Shown: in pieces, positions 34,813-49,111 of the stretch
Layout of the letters: the number at the start of each line of letters is the position of its first letter
Numbering within the stretch: the stretch's first letter is position 1
Assembly: GCF_009914755.1 (NCBI RefSeq)
Contig: NC_060947.1
Origin: the human T2T-CHM13v2.0 reference genome, Homo sapiens
Strand: one strand, 5' to 3'
Length of the DNA stretch: 64,000 bases
Position numbers and translations under genes: made by a program
Notes under the pieces: model-generated
Told to the model about the DNA's origin: nothing
The model's database searches: none
What the model saw: the letters and a program-made list of their open reading frames with translations, nothing else

Positions 34813-37800
34813 CTGGAAAAGAAAAGATGAAAGGATCACTAGTGCTAATTTTGTTCTATTTCAGTGTGTCCTTAGCATCTAACAAGGCATTAACCCTATA
34901 ATATTTGCCTGAAGGAACCATTTGCTGTTTTAAAACAATGAATACCTAAACACCATAAAAACACTTAGATGTGATTGCTCTTTCAGCTTTATTAATTTAG
35001 GCTAAATGACAGAGTAATTTATATGGTTTGCACCTGTCAGGGGCAGAGTCTTTACTAATGCAGTTTACACTGGCCAGGAGATCCTCCCTCAGGCTAAGGT
35101 TGAACTTCAACCTACTGTTGAACAGAGTGCAAAGCAAACACATGTCACCAAGCACTCTATTTCTATCAAGACAATCCCTTCAGAAATCCACATAGATGGC
35201 ACACCACCCTGCAATGCTAAAATCTAAAGCTGAAAGAATATGTCTACCCAATAAAGACTATTTGATCATCAATCAATCTAGAGACTGAAGTATTATTTTC
35301 CTGAATCTTTCGTATTTAAGATATCCCACTTTTCTAGTATGACATTACAGCAAAATTTTTTAAGTGCTTTATACTATATAAGATGCTATTTCTACTAATA
35401 TTGCCACAAATACTATAGTCTTCATCATAAAGAAAACTTAAAAATGTTGGGACATTTCAACTGTCATTCAAGTTCTAAACAAACAGAAAGAAAACAAACA
35501 TGGACTTTAAACCCACAAGGAAAAAAGTAATAGTCTTGCTGCTCGATGTTTGCAGTAAGTAAAATGTTCTCTATTGTAGCCTTCACTAGCACAGCAGTAC
35601 TGCCCTATCTGTAGCATCAATGGAAGAGCTACAGCAAAGCAGCACATACACTGGGTTTAGAAAGAGACCATGGAGCGTTTAGATTTTTCCCACACATGCT
35701 CAATCACTATAACACATTTTTACTACTACCTAAAATACTTCATATTGAAATTTCAGTCTTTGACAAAGTACTCAAGTCTTCAATGAAAACCACGTAATGT
35801 ATATTTGACAAAGCACGGTAAGTAATGATAAAACATTACAAACCAATACTGATGCTACACAAGCATACGTACAAAAAGATCTTATATCACCTATGAAGAA
35901 TTCTATATTCAAAATACTACTTTAAATACTTATACATTATTTTACAGGTAAATTTCCTATATATCACGATTTATTGAGGAGTCAGAATTGAACAATTCTA
36001 TTTCAGTGCAAAGAGTTTAGACCCAAAAGACACAAGTAACCATTTAAACCTATGTTTGCCAGCCAAACAATTGTGAGAACAAATATAATGTTACTTGACC
36101 CAGTAATCTAATTCAGTCTTTATCATTTTTGAAGTGGAATTATGCTATACTTAAGTATCATTTTGTGTGTAAATGTGTTGAGGAATATAGAGAAGTACTG
36201 ATGAGAAAAACATGTTAAACATGATGTTTTTATTTTTGGCCAAGTGAGGCAATGAACTGTGATCTAAAATGGTCAAAAACTAAACAACATATTTAAAAAC
36301 CTGATTTAAACTCCCCAAGCTAGTCTTGCTACATTTCACATAAATTTCTATCTGTGCATATTTACTTACTATTAAGTATTAATATACATAAAAAGAAAAA
36401 TAAGTTAAGACCAATTCAATAATATAGAGTGTTGTAATGTCAAAATAGTCTGTTACAATGTCAAAATACTTCAGCCTACCATAAGCTCTTTGAATATATT
36501 TTTCCATTCTACCTATGTGTACTACCAACAACCAACAGTCAACATGCAAGATCTATTATATTTTGTAGGTTCTATCTTCTAAATTGATTCACTCATATCA
36601 TCAGGTCAAAGAGGTAAGCACTTAAAAGGAAGAAAGTGATTAATTTAAAATGTTGTGTTGAGTTGTATCTGAGCTTGTGGCTGGCATGAATTTAATAAAA
36701 CATGGGGATTTATTTCACCATCTCTAAAAATCGACAAATCAGGGGCAATAAGGGCTGCAATTTGGATCTTTTAGACAATCAAATATAGTAGGAATATTAG
36801 AAACATTAATAACCATTATAATTGTAACCTGATTTTAGTGAGGTTTTGTTTTGTTTTGTTTTTATAATAAAGTTGCTTTTGGTAAATCTTTAGTCATTTC
36901 TTGCCAGTTAAGATGCATAAAGTCAGGAAGCATCCTATTTTCTCGAATTATGTGAAAGAGCTCCATTAACTTCTCACCTCCATTAACTTGTCACCTCCAT
37001 TAATTTGTGCTTTTGACAAACAGTTTTTGAAAAACAAATATAGCTGGTTTATTTTTACAAACTAGCCTATTTTTTTTTTTACTTCATAAAGTTTAACACC
37101 CAAAGAGATAAAAATATCCTGGAGCATAAACGGAAAGGAGCATTAAAAAATCTGAAAATAAAATGACCACAGGATTTAACTCTGAAATGGCCTCATTTTT
37201 CAACACTTTCCAGGGAATTGCTTCTTTTGGACTGAGAGCATAACCACACTTCCTCAGCATCTGAAAGGGTTTCAAAGAAAGAGATAGATATAATTGTGCA
37301 TCTCTACCTCACATAAAACAAAAACTAAGTTAAAAAATGGCAACTCACCACAGCTCTAAATACACAATTAAACTAAGGCAGGAGAAGTTTTCCACATTTT
37401 TCCTACTGATAAATATTTTAAAAATAACACTCAAATTTAAAACATTCTTTTCAAAAGCTTTTCTCGTACTAATATTTTCTTTAAAAAAAGATTCGGTTTT
37501 CCTCCACCAAAAAGGATCATGAACAATACTTTAAAAGAACATTTTATTATATCTCCTGGATTTTGCCTTTAAAGCAACACTGCAAATTTAAAAAGATTTT
37601 CAAAAATTTTGAAAACTTCTAGAAAGACTTCCCAGTGCACTTCAGTACGTATTTACTTAAAATACATTTTTAAAACAGACATTTGTAGAATACTTTTTCA
37701 ATCCCCATAATATAACTGCTCATAGAGATATAATTTGCACAAATTCAAACTTACACTTCAGAACTTGAATGATAAAACTGAGAAAGATGTACTATCAAAC

Positions 37801-38301
37801 ATATTAATATTCATACACAACTAAAGTATAAAAGTCTCAATTAAAAGACTCATTTTCTGATCAATGTTAACTCTGTTTTTAATTCATGAAAAAATAGTAA
37901 AGAGGCATTACCATATTTAACACACCACCATCAATCATCAATTTTTAATGCCATTACACAAAAGAAGTCATCCTAAGTGTTTTAGATATTCAAAAATTCA
38001 AACAAATCCAACATATGTTAAATATTAAAGTTAATTCTTTTGCAATTCCTTAGGTATGCCTTTGTACTTTCACACTGGTAATTAGATTACCATTAAACAC
38101 TTTAAATAAACATAAACTTTAGAAAAACAAAACAATGATGAAGTGTGGGCATGCCAACATCTTTAAATGTAAGCAAGCTTGAGGTTTTTAATCCTGTAGG
38201 TTTTTGGATGTTGCTGTTTGGGGGCTCCCCCGCCCCCATTTTGCCACAAGGTAGATTCATGAATGAAATCCCACTTTAATATCCTATTTTCTCTCACTTA
38301 C

Positions 38302-38399
38302 ATGTATGCTGGAGAAAGTGGAGTTGACCTGGATGTTTTAAGCACAGGAACTGGGAATTTCCAGATAGCAGGAGAGCTCGTTTTCCATTTCAATGGCAT
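38302..38399 (-). CDS. KLHL13: KLHL13 first coding exon, canonical N-terminus MPLKWKTSSPAIWKFPVPVLKTSRSTPLSPAY(I)
   Basis: ACAACATGC start context; 98 nt; phase-2 donor AT|GTAAGT; joins in frame to exon 11147; peptide recognised. Confidence 0.95.
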
Positions 38400-38880
38400 G
38401 TTGTCACCACGGTACTACAATAACAGTAAAGAGCGTTTCCATAACAGACTACCAACTAAGACTTCCATTCCACACTGTACTGACACAGCAGTGGCTGCCG
38501 CGGAGAACAAGCAAAGGATTCTGCCAGTGCCCTTAAACCAATGCTTCCAATCTGTAAAATAGGGCTGTAAGGTACCTCCTTAAATTCTTCTGTCCCCTAA
38601 AGCAATATGATGATTCAATCATTCCAACTCAACAATAGTGCCAGAAAAGCGTTGACTGCAGTATATTTTTTTAGGACTGCACTGTGCATACCATACAATG
38701 CAGCTTTATTTAATAAAAGCAGCCAGGCTTTTTTTTTTTAAGCTTGCAATACCATTGTTCTACCTTAACAGGGATACTGCAGCACTGTACTATATTCTGC
38801 ACCTATTAACCTGATTTCTGACCAATAGTAGCAAGAAAAAACATAGATGGGTTTCATATGAAAATGAAACAACAACATAC

Positions 38881-38960
38881 CTACTCAGAATACACTTGTC
38901 ATCCTCTGAACAATCTTCTTTTGAGCTGCAACAATACAAATGGGATATAAACCTCAGCAT
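38881..38960 (-). CDS. KLHL13: KLHL13 alternative first coding exon MLRFISHLYCCSSKEDCSEDDKCILS(R)
   Basis: ATG at 38960; 80 nt; phase-2 donor TAG|GTATGT; in frame with exon 11147. Confidence 0.85.
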
Positions 38961-39299
38961 AGCCTTAGGCTACCGCTAATAGAGATCAGTGACTAAATTC
39001 AGCAGCCTGCTTTCCTCCTGTGCAAGCTCTGGCCACACAAATCAAGAATGCCATTATGGGAAAAGCCCGTTTCAAAAATTCCAGTCCCTCTGCTTTCCAG
39101 CTAGGAGAAGGCAAAATGTAAGAAGAATATAAACTGCTTCAGAACTCTGCAGGTTCTTCTAGTAGCTTCTGATTCAAGTTGCTCTCCTTTCCCTATTCTT
39201 ATTTCCAAGCTGAGATGAGCAAAATCTCACACATTTACAACATGCTGTAGTAACACAAATATCACTCTCTCTTCTGCAGCAGCGAAGTACAGAGTAGCA

Positions 39300-39540
39300 T
39301 GCTCTTAATAGCAGTCCTCAGAGGGACGCTATCAACAATCTAATTCAATACTGCCCTCCCCTTCTCTCCCCTTTCCCCTCTTGTTCACCACCCCCCCCAC
39401 TCCTCCCCTCCCTCCCCCGCAGACAGCTCACAAATTGCCTAGAGGAAAGACCAACACTGCTGGCCAAGCAGGTGTCCAGCAGGGACCACTCCAAAGCTCA
39501 ACAGCGGGTCCGGTAACCTATAGGGATTAGCGATTGTCAA
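39300..39540 (-). promoter_or_regulatory. Probable proximal promoter for the 38960/38399 first exons
   Basis: Locally GC-richer, repeat-free, several CpGs, C-rich tract 39354-39420, directly upstream of two first coding exons; start site not determinable. Confidence 0.5.
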
Positions 39541-40748
39541 GGAGGTTCAAAAATTGAAGCTGCTGTCAAAGGCAGCTTGAGGTATTTCATGAAAGCAATG
39601 GCAAATAAAGGGCTCATCTATATTGTTTCAAAATACTGCCAGAAAATAGCGTTGTAAATGCCCTGAAAGTGACTTTTAAGCTTCTGTTTAAAGCACCAAA
39701 ACAAACTCACAAATTTTCTACACAATTCTAAAAAGTGAATATAGGTTAAATGAGTATTATGCTGAACTGTTTATTTACAGGCTGAAGAATTTTACTTCTG
39801 ATATAGGCAATTCACAATCATAGTACCCTTCTGCTTCTACCTAAAAACAGAATTATCCATTTCCATCAATGCAAGCTTAGTAAAGGCAGATCATGATTGA
39901 CATGAAAGCAACTACCTATTTTTAAAAAATCACTGCAGGAACAAAGCTCATATTTACTTTCAAGTCTGTATCCAAACAATAAACTCATGCTTCCAACTTA
40001 AATAGTTAGCGTTCGAATATTCTTTCCAAATTATTCCTAGTTTTTAAAGATTGAGATTTAGTCCCCTAAGAGGCTTTTTCATCTGTATTTTAGAAACACA
40101 CATGAATGTTTCTACAGTAAGGAACTATTTTCAAAAATTCCAAAATACCAAATTTAGTATATAAGAAATACAGCATGAAATCAACTAACATAATCACAAA
40201 TGCCTTCCTTTTAAGATACAGACCAATATCAAGGCAAAAAGACAAACTACTATTTTCCTGTGAAGCACAAAACATATATGTACATGCAGTATGTACATAT
40301 ACACATACATACATATATGGAAAGAGAAAGCTTATTTTGAAAGATTGACAAGTAATATATGAACTTTGTAAATATTAAAATTATGTCAGCCATCATTACC
40401 TTACATACAATTTTTATTCAACCTATCATACAAAAGAAACAGCCCCCAAAAACCCAGTCAAGCATTTTAAAGGGTTAAATTACATATCCAACTCCTTTTA
40501 GTACTTGCACACAAAACAGACTCACAGAAATTGTCAAATGAGTCAGAGAAAGGAATATTTATCAATGCGCTAGTGGCCAAAATATATTTAAAAGTTTTTT
40601 TTAACCTGCCATTAATACACATAAATTATAGTCAATATTTTACATTAGAAGGCTTTCTGCAATAATCCTTAATGGTTATATAGCAAAAAGGCCTCAGGTA
40701 TAATCAGCAGGGGCAACTTGTTTGAAATCCAAAGAAGGAGAAATACAT

Positions 40749-40773
40749 ACACACACACACACACACACACACA
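40749..40773 (+). repeat. (CA)n microsatellite
   Basis: About 12 AC units. Confidence 0.9.
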
Positions 40774-40957
40774 GCCACACACATGTATGAACACATCAAG
40801 TTTGAAATGTCTTATTCCACAGTGAGTTTCAAACAAATTTTCAAAACCCGAAGCATTTGCAAACATTTAAAAATATAAAACATAAAGCAGCTATATATTA
40901 TGTAGTAAGGAGGTGATGTTTTAGAAAAGAGACTCAATCATTTTCCAGCTTATGAAT

Positions 40958-41343
<386 letters not shown>

Positions 41344-44300
41344 TGAAGACTTCTCAAACATTGATGAGTGGAAAACAGGCAAGTTAAGGTAGAGTTTTCC
41401 AAATTCCCAAAAAGGGAACCACCACAAACAAGTGAAGATCATTTTATTGTAAAGATTATTATTCTTCTATAAGAATATCCTTCTATAAGTTATTATTCTT
41501 CTATAAACAATCAACTGATTCAAAAAAAACAACATACTTTTGTCGAATTTCATTGGGCTCCAAAGAAGCTATCTAATACCATGAATCTTCCAGGTCAATT
41601 TTTCAGTCTAGATTCCTTGCAGACTTAATATTTAATATTTGTTTTTGTGGTACCCCAATAATTTTAATATTTGTTCAGCATGAAAAGAAAGTAAGGCTGC
41701 CTCCCTACACCCCATCCTCAGCACTCTAAAACACCTAAAACCCTAAAAGCATTATATCTGATGGTGGAGATGTATATATATTCAGTTCTTACTTTTCCTT
41801 TAATAAATTATTAAGTCACTTATAATTACCTCTCATGAGCAAACAACTATTATGCCAAAGTCCTTAAAAATAATCCCTTTAATCAGAAATACAGTTCATG
41901 AACAACACTTTACACTATTAATTCACTTAACAACACTATTCCTCACATATTATTTAGAAATAAACTTCAGCCAGGTAAAATCATCCTAATTACAAGTTGG
42001 CAGCATCCAAACAAATCAGATGTTACTACCCTGGTGGAGAATCCAGTCATAACTATGGAGTGTAATTATAATTCCCATTACATTCTAGAACTAAAAATAT
42101 GTTCACCTATGGAATGAACAAAAATGATTCAACATATATTTTAAATATAATTTTATGCAGGCTCAGTGTCCCACTACTTTAATATTTAGAATAGCAAATG
42201 TCAAAAAACCCTTGGTCACATCGTAGGAAACACTTATTTTGATTACAGAACACTTGGCTTCTATTATGTACAATTGCATAAAACAGGAGAGAAAGACAAC
42301 ATACATAAAAGCTCTTCGACGCATTTTATGAACATTAACTAATCAGTTAAAAAATACCTGTGAAATGCACAGTTCAGAGACGTAACAAACAAAGGACAAT
42401 GATGGGTCTTGGCCAAGGCTACAAAAAGAGCCAACTCTTAGAATGTAAAAGGAGAAGATTTGTTGAAATTTTAGGACTCTAAGAATTCATTTTTCTCAGT
42501 ACCCTCATTGTATAAACGAAAACACTGAAACCCAGAGAAGCTAACTTGCCCAATGTTGTATCACAAGCTAGCAGCAAAAGAGAAACTAGAAACCAAATTT
42601 CAATCTCCTAGTATAGGACTCTTGTAGAATCCCTACTGTTCTTCCCAATGAGACCATTCCACAAGATGCATGTTTCTATTTGAAGTGAACCACACTCTAT
42701 AAATGTCTCAATGTATTCTAAAGAAACAGGATTACAAAGAGATATCAACTCCTCCAATTATATGTTCACTGAAAAATAGAAGTGGGAGAAAAACACCATA
42801 AAAGAAAAGCTGTGCATGAAGAACCATTTCCAAAATCTTAATTCCAGAAGATGTTTAAGAATGTTCAGGAAGAAAATATAATTTAAGCAGTCACAGTATA
42901 AGAGAAAACGTAAATATATTGCCAATACTCTGATTTTTTTTCTCAATGCATATGTTCCTAAATAATTTTATAGTAAAACTTAATTTGCTAACTGACTAGT
43001 ATAGTTTGTCACCAGTACCACCTCACCAAATGAACTAATATATCATGTTTCTAATCTCTTGCTCCATTTTTTTCCTGATGTCCCCTAAGAAATTATCTAC
43101 TTTTTCATGCAAGTTTTGGTTAATCCTGTGGTAGGTACAGCTAAAGACTAATAGCCCTAGCCAGAGTTTGTATGAACAGGCACTGTGTAATCTTTTCAGT
43201 TCTGAAATGTCTCTTCAGATTAATCTAAAATATCCATGTTATTCACAATGCTTAGACAAGACTGCAGATCATGCCAAATTGTGTGCTTTGTTTATGTTCC
43301 ACCAATCAGTAAAAGTACTTGGATAGCAACCAAATAGGACGGTTAAACCCTTTAAAACACACACAAAATTCTGGACAGCAAAGCAAAATTCTTGATACAT
43401 TAAGGGTTCCTTCTTACAGGAAATAAAATTGTTCACATTCATGGCTATGTACACTTATACACTTACATGCATGTGTGTTTGTGTGTATCTCTTAAACACA
43501 TATATGACTATATATTCGTGCATGTGTGTCTCCTTTATTTGTTTCAGGAAACTATCAGATACATTTAAAATTTCTTACTAGATACTCAGATATGTAGTCT
43601 TGCCACAATAAAAAATGGAAAATCCCAGATGTTTCTCAAAGACAACTACATTGGAAAGTTTTACATTAGAAATTTCTTTAACAGAACTGTGTGAAACCTA
43701 GTAGGCCAACAAAGAATCTACAAAGACATTCCCTTTTGTAGCTATGACTATGCCTTGGATTTATATCAAAGGTATCAAGAAATATAAATTAGTCAAAATC
43801 ATCAAACAATACAAACAATGTTATGCAGGCACACACTCATGTATATGCGTAGAGAATTCCTCACACCATGATGGCATAAGCAATGTGAAGGGCAGTAATT
43901 CTTCCTATCTGTAACATTTCCTTAAGATAAGAAGGGTGCCATGTTGGGCAGAGAAAAAACAGCAATAAGAGATGCTAGTGTGTTGAAAAGGCAGGAACAC
44001 TAGGTAATGGATCCAAAGGAGAAAACAATAGGGGTGAGGAAGGTAATGGCTGGCTGTAAGGGGAAAGGAAAGCCAGAGTGGTAGTAATTCCTGATATTTA
44101 CATAATACTTTTTATAGTTGGGTGTCAGATGAAAGAGGTTATGGGGCTAAGATAGGAGCTGGGATGAGTGGGCAAAAATACAGAGAGACTGAGCAGAGAA
44201 CAAAGATCCAGTTGTTGGGGACCCGATGATCCACAGATTATGACTAACTTTACTCCTTCACTAAGGCTGTAAAAAGGAGTAACACTGAATGGGAAATTCA

Positions 44301-44417
44301 GAAGTTCTTGCCCTTCCTTCTTCATTTTGTTTTCTGGCACTATCTATACTCTTTATGGCTTTTCTTTTTTTTTTTTTTTCTACCCGTGTATGCTTCAAAG
44401 TATTCCCATCTGTTTAA

Positions 44418-44801
<384 letters not shown>

Positions 44802-47800
44802 AAATCAATAGTTTTTAAGTATATATACTATGTACTATTTACATATGTGATTTTAGATTACCATTTTTAAATTGTTTGGTAAGAGCAATACAGAGAGACG
44901 ATTTATCATCATCAGTAGGGGTAACATATCCAATGCTCCAAAAAGAGGCCATGCTATTACCACACCCTGTGCTATAGCTATTTTACTTCATCTGCCCAAG
45001 ATGTCTTTCCCAAATTCCTATGTGTCCTTCAAGAAGGAATCCCTAAATCTTTGTATCTTCCTAATCTAGCACCATTCCTGGCCCGTTGGAAAGCACTCAA
45101 TAAGTATTTGTTGAGTAAATTGAAAGGGAAATTTATAAACAGAGGAGTGAAAATCAGAATTATATATTGAAGCCAGAATATATCCTGAAAGATTTTTAAA
45201 ACACTGTTGTTAAACCTGCTATTACCAAAAGCAGAGGTCAAGAGGGATATTTATCTGTTAATTTGATAATTTTAGGCTATAATCTCCTTAAAATGAAAAA
45301 ATATGTAGAAACATACTATCTTATTAAAAATAAGCATATATTGAAGGAAATCATCCAGAATATATATATACTTTCTTAAATAAATATTCCAATAAAAAAA
45401 TCTCTATCACCTGAAATAGTGATCACTCACCTGTTTAGTCATCTCTCAGCAACTTCCTAAGTATCTCCTTAAACTACTTTGAGTAAATAAAATAGTCAAG
45501 CTATTGTTAGCTTTTCTGATTGAATCTGTGAACTTATCAAAATAAAAAGCCACTTAAAATGTACAGTGCAACTGAACAGTTAAGAATATGGCTCTATTGA
45601 ATGAAAATACATTCATATGAAGCTTTCCAAATAGTTTCACTTATTTTTTTTAATTTTGGTAGCATCAAATATAGAAGCAAGACTGCCAAAGTGGCATGAA
45701 GACAATGTAAGGAATACTGAAATCTTTATATTTGTAAATCCTGCACTATTTTGGTAAGAATAAACAACTTCTAATAATGTTTATTTATGATGGTTGAAAA
45801 TTTTTTCAGTAATAAGCATATCACATACCAAATCTCAAAAGACATGCCAGTTACAGAAATTCAACATTTGCCATATTCTATATTATTTCAGAAATACCTA
45901 TACTTTTCTAAAAGTCTGAATTTCTGAAAGATCTTTAGAAGAGTATATTTTCTTCAACATCCCAATTTTAAATTAATGAAATAGTACTACTACCTTGAAA
46001 AATGTATATTTACATCCAAAAAGTTATTACAACATTCACATGTGCATCATAAATGTTATAACCAAAAATGAGGTTAGAAGATCACCTGGTTATCCAATCT
46101 CTTCCTCTTCCTATTTATAAATATTGGTTAAAAATACTTATAGAGTAATCAAAATAACATTTTGCTAACCAGCAGCACTTTCACAGAAAGCTAATCCTAA
46201 TGACTAATTAAGACTATTTAACACTATTTAAATTTTCTATGAGAAAGAGCCATTTATATTCAATTGCTTTAACTTTTACCATTTCCTAGGTTTAATCATT
46301 AAAACTGAATTTCATATACATATGCCCACAGAAACTACTGTCATCTAAAAATAAAAGGTTTTGACCAAATAATGAATGAGAAAATCTTACACTTCAAAAA
46401 AGGCTCAATTTCAAACTTGAACCTTGTGACCCATTGCCATAATATGAAACCCAACAGTTTTCTTAAAGATGTCCTTATGGTAATGTTATTTGCCCACTAT
46501 GCCACTATCCAAGAGACTTAGCAACCTGGTCAATACTTCTATTTTCATGACTATTTCCAGATCCTTTTCGTTTTCCAATTTAGAATTCTTCTCTTTAGCG
46601 ATTTTAAATTCTACAAACAGCTAAAGAGTACAGAGACAGTTATACTGAAAGATGCCAAGTGTATGGTCATAGGTCTAAATTGTAGACTCTAGCTGAAAAG
46701 TATGTAATTTAAAATTGCTGTGCCTGCAAACAGAAATTCAATTAAAATCCTATGATGTACAACATCATTAGCACATGCCACATCAAGTGTTCATGTGTTG
46801 TAAAATAATCACAGCTTGTTTTGGCATTAGGTTTAGCTTTATTATTTGGATGCAATGGCTATCCAATGAAAGGGAAATCATTTCTTTTCCTTTATCTCAT
46901 GGTCTACTACTAACCAAAGTAATTCCATTTTGAATAAAAACAGAATTCATCTTCTAGGTTGAATCTAGATTTAAGCTAGAGGTAATCTAAATCTGGGTTT
47001 CTTGACTTCCTTTCTATGTCTGTCTACTTCAACTAATAAGTTCAGAACCACTTCATGTCTTCAAAATCAAATATATGTTTTAAATAATCAGTTACTTCTC
47101 ATAGAATTCTGAAGCTACATTTTCCCTTTAGCTAGCATACATTTATTCATTCATTCCTTATTTCCTTATTCAGCTTGATTTAAGTCAGAGACACTTGAGC
47201 ATTTTTATGAATCTTCCACTACAGGGTCTAGGCATTTGTTTAAATTTCTATGATACTGTTCAGAAATTAAACAAAAATATTTATGTTTAGGGGTTTCTAG
47301 AAATATCAATTTTTCAGATTCAGATTTGTAAAGCACAGAACAACATAACATGTATTCCAAAAAGGGTGAAGAGGCAAGATCGAGCTTGAATGGATACTCT
47401 AAACAGGGAAAAAGCACATTTATTAATTAGGACCACACTTTCACATCTGTCAACTAAAATACAGTTATTTCAACTGAAAACTTCTTAGTATATTAACCAT
47501 TACTGACAGTGTAAGATTGTCTCCTTTAACTTCACAAATGAAATCAATCAACTTACTCTGCCTAGCCCAAAACCCCTAGAAAGGAGATACATGCTCAGTG
47601 AGTTATTTCAGTCATCAATAAGTATCAATAACTTATGACTTTGCTAGATGTTACAAATACACAAAAGAACACATGTTCCCTGGCCACAAGACCATTATAA
47701 TCTAATCAGGCAGACTAGATATACACATAGGAAACACAAATTAGTGTAAATACATTGTTACAGTAAACCCTTAACTACCAGAACCCTGAATAGCCTAGTT

Positions 47801-48169
47801 TTCTATACAGTTTTTTAAATTACTTTACAATAAAAACAACTGGGAGATGTTATTAAAATATCAAAACTCACTTATTTTTCACCTTTTGGCAGAAATCTTT
47901 CTGCCCCTCATGTCTAAAATAGACACAAACCTTTATAAAATACGTCAAAGTCACCACAATGAACAGTAGCTATTGTGACATGCTTCAGATGTACATCCAG
48001 CAATGTGTGCAAATAATATCTGTCATTCATCACTCTTGCTTGCCCCTTGCTCCCCACTGCCCTGGTTAATATGGTTTGACATGGAACACAGAAGTTGCTG
48101 AGAGAAAAGTGGTTCTTTTCTCTATGCTGCAATACATATACCAAAAGAAAAGTTCTTTACCTTTAAGGC

Positions 48170-48321
48170 AGATGTGCTCAAACATTAGTGTGCATAAGAA
48201 TCACATGAGGTGATTATTTAAAATGTAGATATCTGAAGGTGGGGCCCAGTACTCTGCATTCTCAACAAGTACTACAGCTGATTATCACACCAGGTCTACT
48301 AAACTATTAGAGAAACACTGC
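48170..48321. mobile_element. MER5B-like DNA transposon remnant
   Basis: gtgctcaaac...gtgcataagaatcac...ttaaaatgtagat...ggggccca...ctgcattctcaacaag...gagaaacactg. Confidence 0.65.
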
Positions 48322-49045
48322 TTTAAAGTCAAGGTTGCTAATTCCTGCTGAATATCTCTTAGCTATAGTAAGATTGTCTTCTTTCTCAGTCCCTGGCCTG
48401 CCTTAGCATATGAACACTGGCTGCTCAACACCAGTTGTCATAGCAAACTGTACATCCATTATCTTGCCCTCCCACACTCCAGATCCTTCTAGGTCTGGGA
48501 GAGTCTGAAAGTAAGGTCTCCAGCTGGCAGACAGGCACAGAGGCAGACAGACAGATGCGAAGTGGGAAACTGTGAGGTACAACAATTAGAAAACAAATTA
48601 TCTTGATTGTGTAATACAGATTAAAAAGTTAAAAACTTGTTTCAAACTTTTTCCATGAGGAAGAAGGCAGAAGAGACAGAGCTAGGCATCTGTGGTCCAA
48701 CTGCAGCTGTGTCCCTGGTTAGCTTTCTGACCTCCAGTGTTATCTTCCCCCATCTGTAAAATAGGGAAAATGCTGCTTTCCTTGCCCGTCTCACAGTGTT
48801 GTCGTGAAAACCAAAGTAATTTATGTTTGTGAAAGCATGTTGGAAAATATAAGGCACAATACAATGATGCGTGGCATTTTTAACAGCATGATTTACATAC
48901 TTTTTTCCTAATAAACACAGTGCCCTAGCCATTACTGTAACTATACTTGATAACTGTCTTCTAGTATTCTCAGGGTCTTTCATGAAAACCAATTCGCACT
49001 GAAAAAAAAAAAAAGGTGAGGAAAAATGTAGACCCCTGGACATAC

Positions 49046-49111
49046 CCTGAAGTTGATTTTTTGAATATATCCTTGAAATCGGCTTGTTTTAATGACAATT
49101 GCCTCCGTCTC
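49046..49111 (-). CDS. KLHL13: KLHL13 alternative 66-nt coding exon (W)RRRQLSLKQADFKDIFKKSTS(G)
   Basis: Acceptor TTTCTTTTTGCACTCCACTTTCAG, donor AGG|GTATGT, phase 2/2; links exon 50846-50806 to exon 11147 in an open frame. Confidence 0.88.

Noticed and set aside
45431-45525. 95-nt exon-like segment ending in CAG|GTGAGT
   Set aside because: Good donor, but the acceptor tract is interrupted by AG and purines; stop-rich; insufficient support
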